DNA of 64,000 nucleotides from Candidatus Gottesmanbacteria bacterium (GTDB lineage Bacteria; Patescibacteriota; Microgenomatia; UBA10105; UBA927): NCBI GenBank assembly GCA_963714095.1, contig OY970230.1, positions 6,206 to 70,205 of the forward strand, read 5' to 3'. Shown piece by piece: positions 56,727 to 64,000 of this stretch (position 1 is its first letter; each line of letters starts with the position of its first letter). The notes under the pieces were generated by a model. It saw only the letters and a program-made list of their open reading frames with translations, ran no database searches and was not told where the DNA came from. The position numbers and the translations under genes were made by a program.

Positions 56727-58712
56727 ATGTCCTCCCTTGGGATTATGGGGGGATTTTTTATGGCAGGTTGCATTCAGGAAAAAAGTTATCGGGAATCATA
56801 CGAATCAGAAACAGCTGCAGTAAAACAATCATTTTCATATTTTTCTCCACATGACGTACGTGTTGAGGTGGCGCGCCGTTTTAAAATTCGATATGCCATA
56901 GATCATGCTAGTGAAACGAAAGATATAACTCCAACAGAAGAAGTGACTGAGAGTATTTCATTCACACTTCAAAATGGTCAGATTTTTTATCCAACCTATG
57001 GTGAACACGGAACCTACCTTGACTCTTTGCATCAAAATCAAAAAAACCACTCTGATACATACTCTCTATCGGATCACCAGACATCACGTCTTGCGGAGGA
57101 GGCATTTCGCAATGGCGCAACAAAAGCAGTATTGTCGTACGCAAGAGAGGGTGAGGCTAATCGGGACCTTCTCGTGATGACATATGATCCTAAAACTAAA
57201 GAAGGAAAAACATTTGTGGTGAATACTGCTTTAGATGGAAAACAACATTCGTATGACGCAATTATTGCAATTGGACAAAAACTATTTGAAAATTTGTCGC
57301 TAATTCAACCGACAAATACTTCTGCAATTTTGACAGATACCCTTCTTTCTTCTGACCATGCCCGTGAAGCGGTTACACGTCTGACGTTGGACTCCGAACG
57401 GATTATTTCGCAAACTCCCTACACGCATCCTGTATCCGAACGTCTCATTCCGGATTCAGTTACAACCGTAGAATATTCGGCAATAAAAATTGCTGGGGAT
57501 ATCCGTGAAACATGGGTTGATATCCGCGATTTCTTCAACCGAAAATTGTATGAGAATGAGAAGAAACGTAGGCAAGATATATTGCTACCCGAGTTTGGGC
57601 TACAAATAGAACAAACTCAGTCGGGGGAACAGAAAGAGCAATTACCGACAAAAGGAGACGTACAAACTGCTATTGTAATTCTTTCTGAACCACGATTGTT
57701 AACCCTCAAAGAACCGTTCGCGATCATAGGTGTACTTTTTGCACTTGATACAATTGCAAATACACAGGAATCTGTTCATGCGTTAGAGGAGAAAGAACAA
57801 CCACAACTAACAGATGATGATGTAGAAACTGCAATTGCGATTTTCTCTGAGCCAACACTCCTAACCCTCGAAGAACCAGTTGTAACCATAGGCATCCTTT
57901 TTGCAATCGATACGTTTGCACATATGCCGAAAGAATCCGTTCGTAAAGAAGACAGAGTAACGGGTGCTTTTGTAGCACATACAACTCGGGCAGAAAGTCA
58001 GAATGATAGGCAACAAATAGAAGTTATTCATCAAATCGGCGAGAAATTAACAGAATGCGTTATTTCTCAACATCCGTTTGAAGAAACGCTCGATATTCCT
58101 GACAGCGAGACCATGGGGTTTTTTAATCTATATCGGTTTTTTTATGGAGAGAAAAAGAAGTTGTCGCCAGAAGAACATGAGGTTCAGAAAGAAGAAGCGC
58201 GGGAAAGTATTAAACGGTTCTTGGCTCTCACCACACCGGAAGAACAACAAAAATATAAAACCCTTGAACGTTTTGCGCTTTTGTATATTGCTCTAGCGAT
58301 GCGTTTTATAAAACCGGACGAAATAATATCAAAAAAGATTTTTCATAAACTACCCCCAACTTTTTCAGAGAAGAATATACAGAAAAAACTCGAACGGGAC
58401 ATGCCGATAGCACGTTTATCCCAACTGCTGACACTGCTTTTCTTATTTTCGTATGCATCGGTGTTTGACCGATTATTTCAAAATAACAAGGATGTTGATT
58501 TGTCAGGTAAACGTGTAAAAAAGCAGAACCCGGAGAAAAATATAAGTTCGCAGCTTGAACGGACACCATGGATTTTATTATCGATCATCTGGTATCTTGC
58601 AATGATTCGGGAACAGGGGGTGCGAACAAACAGTAACCCTCAAAAAAACAAACGCAAAAAGAAAAACATGCATTCGATATTGCCCGTTTTTGGTGTTATT
58701 TTTACTTTTTGA
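56727..58712 (+). CDS. Large hypothetical lipoprotein-like protein with internal about 55-aa tandem repeats and a C-terminal TM segment
   Basis: Signal peptide/lipobox-like GIMGGFFMAGC. Two repeats (QTAIVILSEPRLLTLKEPFAIIGVLFALDTIANTQESV / ETAIAIFSEPTLLTLEEPVVTIGILFAIDTFAHMPKESV). C-terminal WILLSIIWYLAMI TM and a basic tail. Confidence 0.45.
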   Translation: MSSLGIMGGFFMAGCIQEKSYRESYESETAAVKQSFSYFSPHDVRVEVARRFKIRYAIDHASETKDITPTEEVTESISFTLQNGQIFYPTYGEHGTYLDSLHQNQKNHSDTYSLSDHQTSRLAEEAFRNGATKAVLSYAREGEANRDLLVMTYDPKTKEGKTFVVNTALDGKQHSYDAIIAIGQKLFENLSLIQPTNTSAILTDTLLSSDHAREAVTRLTLDSERIISQTPYTHPVSERLIPDSVTTVEYSAIKIAGDIRETWVDIRDFFNRKLYENEKKRRQDILLPEFGLQIEQTQSGEQKEQLPTKGDVQTAIVILSEPRLLTLKEPFAIIGVLFALDTIANTQESVHALEEKEQPQLTDDDVETAIAIFSEPTLLTLEEPVVTIGILFAIDTFAHMPKESVRKEDRVTGAFVAHTTRAESQNDRQQIEVIHQIGEKLTECVISQHPFEETLDIPDSETMGFFNLYRFFYGEKKKLSPEEHEVQKEEARESIKRFLALTTPEEQQKYKTLERFALLYIALAMRFIKPDEIISKKIFHKLPPTFSEKNIQKKLERDMPIARLSQLLTLLFLFSYASVFDRLFQNNKDVDLSGKRVKKQNPEKNISSQLERTPWILLSIIWYLAMIREQGVRTNSNPQKNKRKKKNMHSILPVFGVIFTF

Positions 58713-58891
58713 GTTAAATAAAATAGCTGCTCTACTATTTGAGGTTAAATCGAGGCTAAAATAATATGTACCCAATACTACACGATTTCGAACAGATATT
58801 TACTGGTTATAAGCCTATTTTTGAGCAAATTTTAGATAGAAGTTGCTAAAATTGTCGTACGTAGTAAAATAATCTATAGGAGGTAAGTTGC

Positions 58892-59293
58892 ATGGAAATA
58901 AATAGTAGCGTTTTAGTCAAAAGCGAAAGACAGAGAGCCCTTCATTACATCCAGACTCTTATAGAAGTAGCTAGGGAACCATTTTTGATTCTCGATGAAA
59001 ACCTTCGTGTAGTGATAGCCAATATTTCCTTTTACGAAACATTTCGGGTGGGCCAGAAAGAAACGGAGGGGAATTTTATATATGATTTGGGCAACAAGCA
59101 ATGGAACATTCCTAAACTAAAAGAATTACTGGAAGATATTTTGCCCAAAAAGAAACTGTTTAGAGATTACGAGGTTACGCATACATTTCCGACAATCGGA
59201 AAACGAATAATGGCTCTAAACGCCAAGGAAGTGGATTCAGTCCAGTTGATTATTTTGTGCTTTGAAGATATAACGGAAAAAAAGAAAGTTTAA
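58892..59293 (+). CDS. Stand-alone PAS domain protein
   Basis: PAS-like core ALHYIQTLIEVAREPFLILDENLRVVIANISFYETF. Strong RBS GGAGGT 8 nt upstream. Confidence 0.5.
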   Translation: MEINSSVLVKSERQRALHYIQTLIEVAREPFLILDENLRVVIANISFYETFRVGQKETEGNFIYDLGNKQWNIPKLKELLEDILPKKKLFRDYEVTHTFPTIGKRIMALNAKEVDSVQLIILCFEDITEKKKV

Positions 59294-59372
59294 ATTAACT
59301 TGTGAATGATACAAAGAGTCATGAACGGCGAATTTCAGTAAAACTTTTGAGACTAAATTGAGGCTGAGCGTG

Positions 59373-59446
59373 TACCCCCATCCGGATTCGAACCGGAGAT
59401 TAATGGGCTGAAAACCCACTGTCCTAGGCCGCTAGACGATGGGGGC
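59373..59446 (-). tRNA. tRNA-Glu (anticodon TTC)
   Basis: Reverse complement GCCCCCA TC GTCT AGCGGCCTAGGAC..., anticodon loop TTTTCAG, T-loop TTCGAAT, acceptor TGGGGGT-A. Confidence 0.75.
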
Positions 59447-59492
59447 ATATTTGTATTTTAGCAAAAAGTAACAATGTATTCCACTGAGCGGG

Positions 59493-59999
59493 TTATATCC
59501 TGAGAATTTTACGATACTCATCAATCACTATTCTTGCGCCGGATTCGAGTGTACCCGGCAATTCGTCTAAGGGAAACCAATGGTGGGTTAGAATTTCCCC
59601 ATCCTTCGCATGAAAAATAGTTTCTGCAGGGATTGTCGGATCATCAGTAAATAGTAAACAAACACAACGATATTTATAGTCGTAACCCATCGTTGCTACG
59701 TAAGTACCATTCGTTTCACGATACGAACCTGGGATGTACCTAAACCACTCCTGCGGGGCGCTTAATTCCTCATTTAACGCACGCCGCAAAGGTTCTTTTA
59801 TCCCAAAATCCAAGTTCGATTTCCAGGTTTCAGTCACAATGTTCCATACACCGGCTGGTCTGTATTGATCGGATGTCGCTTCAAGACCTAAAAGAACTTG
59901 ACCGAAAGAGTTAAAAATTACTATGGCGAGGCCATGCGGCATACGCAATAGTTCCTGCCGGTTCGGGCTCGTGACCCGCGCCTCCAAAATTTCGCTCAT
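59493..59999 (-). CDS. Nudix-like hydrolase (degenerate Nudix box)
   Basis: GIKEPLRRALNEELSA approximates G-x5-E-x7-REuxEExGu. 168 aa. Confidence 0.35.
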   Translation of the reverse strand: MSEILEARVTSPNRQELLRMPHGLAIVIFNSFGQVLLGLEATSDQYRPAGVWNIVTETWKSNLDFGIKEPLRRALNEELSAPQEWFRYIPGSYRETNGTYVATMGYDYKYRCVCLLFTDDPTIPAETIFHAKDGEILTHHWFPLDELPGTLESGARIVIDEYRKILRI

Positions 60000-60055
60000 A
60001 TTCCCTCCGCTGGTATTGTCCAGATCAGGTTTTTAGGGTATATTCTCAGCCCAAC

Positions 60056-61273
60056 CTATGTTGAGCACCCCGTACGTACACTTTCGTAAATCCGCGACAT
60101 CGATACCGCAACGTTCGACCATTGATGCTCGGAAATCATGATTTTTGTTTGGGCAATAGGAAGCGTGTGTGAAAAAACTTTCTGAATCTGAGAAGCAAGC
60201 AAAAGCGGGTTGTTCACGCTGGTAATAAGAGATGCATATTCATCACTCATAAGACTTGATATTCCCGCTACATTGGTGGTGATAACCGGCACCCCGCACC
60301 CGATAGCTTCAAGGGCAGACATACCGAATGATTCATAGTGTGATGGCATAACCACGACGTCTGCTGCATTATAGTAGTACGGTAGATCGAGTTGTTTTTG
60401 TCTGCCGACGAACCGGACATTCGTCGTAAGGGATAACGTCTTCTGAAGACGCGATAGTTCCCGCAGTGTCTTCGGCCAATGGGCGCTATCTTCGGAAGTG
60501 TCTCCTCCAACAATCCATAAACAAATCGTTTCACCCGGATGTTGTTTTTTTAATATCTTGATTGCATACAAAAGCGTATCAATGCCCTTAAGCGGTTCTA
60601 TACGCCCTACAAACAATACGATTTTGTGAGTCGGGTCGGCGCCTATATGTGCACGGGCCTGGTCCTTATTCAGAGGATGAAAAAGAGATGAATCAATGCC
60701 GGGGGAAATAACAGCGATCTTTTTATCCGGTACATCGTACAAATATTCCATATACGACCGGTCGTTTTTGCTCGAGGCGATGATTGCGCGTGCCTTTTTC
60801 ATGAGCGTAAATTCTGCTTGTATGCGGCGCGTGCCCTCACGCTCCAGCGTATCCCGTGCAACAAGATTTTTCATAAGACCAAGTGTATGAAACGACATGA
60901 CAAATGTCTTGTTTATTGCAATCGCAGCCAGCCCGGACTGATAGTAATGGGCGTGCAACACGTCGTACTTCAGTTGGTTTTTTTCTACAAACAATTGGTA
61001 AGCACGGACAAAATCAGGAATGTAATGTACAAGTGCCTTTTTCAAAATCTGCTCACGCGGACCGGCCGGAAGATGCATAATACGTAAATTTTGCTCCGGA
61101 GTTGTAACAAGCGCATCATTTGACTCATGCGAACGTGTATAGACGTCAACGCGGTGACCGATTCTGGCCAAAGCGCGGGAAAGCTCAAGTACATACACGT
61201 TCATGCCACCCGTTTCCTTCCCTTCAATCGAGGCTAGCGGACACGTGTGATAAGAGATCATTGCAATATTCAT
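60056..61273 (-). CDS. Glycosyltransferase family 4 (GT-B, group 1)
   Basis: C-terminal ESFGMSALEAIGCGVPVITT (E-x7-E motif region). N-terminal MNIAMISYH start chosen at 61273. Confidence 0.8.
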   Translation of the reverse strand: MNIAMISYHTCPLASIEGKETGGMNVYVLELSRALARIGHRVDVYTRSHESNDALVTTPEQNLRIMHLPAGPREQILKKALVHYIPDFVRAYQLFVEKNQLKYDVLHAHYYQSGLAAIAINKTFVMSFHTLGLMKNLVARDTLEREGTRRIQAEFTLMKKARAIIASSKNDRSYMEYLYDVPDKKIAVISPGIDSSLFHPLNKDQARAHIGADPTHKIVLFVGRIEPLKGIDTLLYAIKILKKQHPGETICLWIVGGDTSEDSAHWPKTLRELSRLQKTLSLTTNVRFVGRQKQLDLPYYYNAADVVVMPSHYESFGMSALEAIGCGVPVITTNVAGISSLMSDEYASLITSVNNPLLLASQIQKVFSHTLPIAQTKIMISEHQWSNVAVSMSRIYESVRTGCST

Positions 61274-61298
61274 ACCCCGTATAGTATAGTAAATTTCT

Positions 61299-61709
61299 AT
61301 GGCAGACAATGATAGCGCACAAGTACTTTTAGAATTGGAAGCAACGATCAAAAATCATATTTCCCTCATTGATAAAAATAAGGCGGAACTTAAAAAGCAG
61401 CGCGAAATGCTTGAAAGCGCCCTGTTAAACGACGAAACATACAGAACCCATTCGGAAGAAGCGAAAAAAGCCGCGAAAACAAAAGCGCTTACAAAGTATC
61501 AAATCATGCAGCTTCCTGCAAACAAGGGGCTAGCAGATACAGTAAAAGAGCTTTCAGCGGCTACCAAAGAACTGGACACGGCGCTTTCTGATTATCTGCG
61601 CGAATATATGCGCATGAGCGGCACCAACGAAATTGAAACTGACGAGGGTGACGTTCGGGAAATTATTTACGTGGCGAAGCTGGTTCGAAAAACTTCACGG
61701 CCAAAATAA
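61299..61709 (+). CDS. Hypothetical coiled-coil protein
   Basis: 136 aa, Lys/Glu-rich heptad-like sequence. Confidence 0.3.
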   Translation: MADNDSAQVLLELEATIKNHISLIDKNKAELKKQREMLESALLNDETYRTHSEEAKKAAKTKALTKYQIMQLPANKGLADTVKELSAATKELDTALSDYLREYMRMSGTNEIETDEGDVREIIYVAKLVRKTSRPK

Positions 61710-61735
61710 TCCCCAATTCCTGATATAATAGCCTC

Positions 61736-62485
61736 ATGATTGTCCGAGCAATTAAAACTCATATAGTGACGACGGGTGAGAATATTTTTGATGTGCTCGA
61801 TACATATGTACCAAAGCTTCAAGAACGTGATGTTATAGCAGTTACTTCAAAAATCATCGGAATTTGTGAGGGACGGGTTGTTAAGATACGCAAAAACACC
61901 GACAAAAAGAGCTTAATTATCAAAGAGTCTGATTATTATATTGATGATCCCGGCATGAGCAAATATAATATTTTATTGACGATAAAAAACGGAAATTTAG
62001 TTGCCTCATCGGGAATTGATGAGTCAAACGGCAACGGATCGTATATATTTTGGCCGAAGGATCCTGATAAAACAGCAAGCGACATTTGGAATTATATCCG
62101 GGCTACAAGGCGCATTCGGCATTTGGGGGTTGTTATAACAGACAGTAAAACGACACCTCTGCGATGGGGAGTTACCGGTTTTGGCATAGCCTGGTGCGGA
62201 TTTAAACCGCTGAAAAACTATACGAACAGTCCGGATTTGTTTGGCCGACCGTTCGTGTATGAACAAACCAGCATTGTCGATAGCCTGGCAGCTGTGGGGG
62301 CATTTGCTATGGGAGAAGGAAATGAACAAACACCATTGGCGATCATCAGCGATGTCCCCCATGTAATATTTACGAATCAAACCCCAACGCAGAAAGAGAG
62401 GGACGATCTGAAAATAGTATTTAAAGATGATATTTATGCACCACTGACCAATTCTCCCCTTTGGAAAAAGGGCGGGCAGAGATGA
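61736..62485 (+). CDS. Coenzyme F420-0:L-glutamate ligase-like (CofE family) protein
   Basis: VIAVTSKIIGICEGR resembles the CofE VxxSKxVSKAEGR motif. About 250 aa. Confidence 0.55.
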   Translation: MIVRAIKTHIVTTGENIFDVLDTYVPKLQERDVIAVTSKIIGICEGRVVKIRKNTDKKSLIIKESDYYIDDPGMSKYNILLTIKNGNLVASSGIDESNGNGSYIFWPKDPDKTASDIWNYIRATRRIRHLGVVITDSKTTPLRWGVTGFGIAWCGFKPLKNYTNSPDLFGRPFVYEQTSIVDSLAAVGAFAMGEGNEQTPLAIISDVPHVIFTNQTPTQKERDDLKIVFKDDIYAPLTNSPLWKKGGQR

Positions 62486-63267
62486 AACGCATTTTTTTCG
62501 CCGCACTCATTTGCTGTATTGCTCTTTTGATCTGGATTGCATTTCAATTCGTAACGATTAATTTTCACACGTATTCGCCTAATTCCGTCACATCTCCCAT
62601 AACGGAACCGTCGAATATACCATCCTATCCAACGGTATCTGCAAGCGGCACCTCATATACCTATGAAATAATTGCTGTAGCAACGTCTTCTTCCATCACG
62701 CTCATTCCGAATTTTACCGAAAAACGCGAGGCGAAAGCTCTTGCCGACGAGAACAAGTGTCGCGGGTCAGTTAACGGCGGTTTTTATGATACGGCCGGGA
62801 AACCTCTGGGCTTTTTCTACACAGACGGGCAAACGTACGGGAAAAATATTCAGAGTACACTTATGAACGGCTATTTCTGGGCTGATACAAACGGCGCTGC
62901 ATTCATTTCATCTAAACTCACCGGAAATACCACATACCGTTTTAGTTTTCAAACCGGTCCGATCCTTTTACTTGACGGACAGCGACAGTCCTTAACAATC
63001 CAAAACGACGAACATGCGCGTCGTATGGTTGCGGCAAAAACTGCCGATGGTCACTATGTTTTTCTTACGGTCTATTCGGCGGACTCAGTTTTTTCCGGCC
63101 CACTACTCTCAGAATTGCCGCAAGTAGTGACTTCTATTTCTCATACGGACAATTTAAACATTGAGGATGCTATAAATCTTGACGGCGGCAGCGCATCGGT
63201 CTTTTATAACGCTCAAACAAATTTAGGAGAACTGACACCTGTAGGAAGTATCTTGTGCATAAAATAA
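62461..63267 (+). CDS. Phosphodiester glycosidase family protein (DUF2233/NAGPA-like), membrane-anchored
   Basis: N-terminal TM. C-terminal INLDGGSAS motif characteristic of the family. Confidence 0.6.
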   Translation: MEKGRAEMKRIFFAALICCIALLIWIAFQFVTINFHTYSPNSVTSPITEPSNIPSYPTVSASGTSYTYEIIAVATSSSITLIPNFTEKREAKALADENKCRGSVNGGFYDTAGKPLGFFYTDGQTYGKNIQSTLMNGYFWADTNGAAFISSKLTGNTTYRFSFQTGPILLLDGQRQSLTIQNDEHARRMVAAKTADGHYVFLTVYSADSVFSGPLLSELPQVVTSISHTDNLNIEDAINLDGGSASVFYNAQTNLGELTPVGSILCIK

Positions 63268-63320
63268 TACGTTTATGCTAGTATAGCTGAATGACACGTC
63301 CGCTTTTACCTATTCTGTTA

Positions 63321-64000
63321 TGAAAGAGAGCTATCTTGTTACCGGAGGGTCAGGTTTTATCGGATCAGTATTGGTACGGCGGTTGGTTGATCATCATAAA
63401 AACGTCCATTTAATTCTTCAAAAACATTCAAATCCATGGAGAATTAAGGGTTTGTTGCATAACGTGAAAATCCACGAATCCGATTTGTCTCAAATTTCGG
63501 ATTTAACGGAAATCATAAAGGAAACAAAGCCAACCATCATTTACCATCTTGCATCAAACGGTGCCTATTCTCACCAAAAAGACGCCGACCGGATTATCTC
63601 GACGAATATTTTGGGGACGTGGAATTTTTTGAAAGCCTGCAACAGCGTTGACTACGATTTGTTTGTAAATACAGGAAGTTCTTCTGAATACGGGTTTAAG
63701 AAGCATGCCATGCGTGAGACGGATCTAGTCGAACCGGCTAGTTATTACGCAGTGACTAAATGTACCCAAACCTTACTTTGCAGTTTTATTGCCAAAAATG
63801 AACATAGGCCTATTGTTACGTTACGGCCGTTTTCTGTCTATGGTCCGTATGAGGATCCGACGAGACTGATTCCTACGCTTCTGAAATCGCTCTTATTAAA
63901 GCGGAGTATGAAATTAGTTGAGGCGGATGTCGCGCGCGACCAGGTGTATGTCGGGGACGTTGTTGATGCATACCTGAAAATTGATGAGATGAAACGTAAC
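63321..64000 (+). CDS. NAD-dependent epimerase/dehydratase (extended SDR), 3'-partial at the window edge
   Basis: Rossmann motif VTGGSGFIGS, catalytic YAVTK. Runs off the end of the window, so it is absent from the ORF table. Confidence 0.75.

Noticed and set aside
1-64000. CRISPR arrays, rRNA genes, integrases/transposases
   Set aside because: - No regularly spaced direct repeats with unique spacers were seen.
- No rRNA-like sequence.
- No tyrosine/serine recombinase or transposase motifs in any ORF.
- The accessory regions therefore lack an identifiable mobility gene.

Overview
This 64-kb window looks like a small-genome, CPR/Patescibacteria-like bacterial contig. Roughly 45% of bases are G or C, the protein-coding regions are short and tightly packed, and at least 12 tRNA genes are scattered through it (His, Gly-TCC, Arg-TCT, Pro-TGG, Leu-TAA, Leu-CAG, Leu-GAG, Val-TAC, Phe-GAA, Gly-GCC, Gln-TTG, Glu-TTC). 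Several ORFs in the supplied six-frame track simply overlap these tRNAs and are artefacts. I read about 65 protein-coding genes in four recognisable blocks.

- **Envelope and export genes:**
  - secreted GH5 glycosidase (200-1906)
  - CE4 polysaccharide deacetylase (4159-5136)
  - 1214-aa secreted S8 subtilisin with cadherin-like and FN3 repeats (9861-13505)
  - MacAB-type efflux set (17009-20179) with a substrate-binding protein (20184-21527)
  - SecG (21535-21750) and YvcK (21747-22769)
- **DNA-repair / SOS neighbourhood:**
  - uvrC, a transglutaminase-like gene, uvrA and uvrB on the minus strand (23216-31366), with lexA divergent from uvrB (31450-32073)
  - further along: holA-like, Nudix, rarA, metK, dinB with a small ORF translationally coupled upstream of it, and tdk
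- **Central-carbon cassette on the minus strand (33338-43915):** acetyl-CoA synthetase, archaeal-type bifunctional FBP aldolase/phosphatase, iPGM, enolase, PEP synthase, archaeal-type PGI/PMI and phosphoglucomutase.
- **A SAM-I riboswitch upstream of metK.** The six-frame track had translated it as an N-terminal extension of MetK.

The most unusual content is an AT-richer accessory segment (about 54.6-59.4 kb) that ends at the 3' end of tRNA-Glu. It encodes a protein with an N-terminal ADP-ribosyltransferase-fold signature (HGT-x8-ILKQGL, which matches both Tpt1/KptA and PARP), two small partner ORFs, a 311-bp non-coding gap, a 661-aa lipoprotein-like protein with internal about 55-aa repeats, and a stand-alone PAS protein.

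Other accessory-looking spots:
- an AT-rich class-II Fic protein plus a zinc-ribbon ORF next to tRNA-Leu (5726-7141)
- an AT-rich SAM methyltransferase next to a tRNA cluster (14210-14968)
- a frameshifted MFS transporter (15725-16967)

All calls come from reading motifs in the translations and the DNA; no database searches were run.
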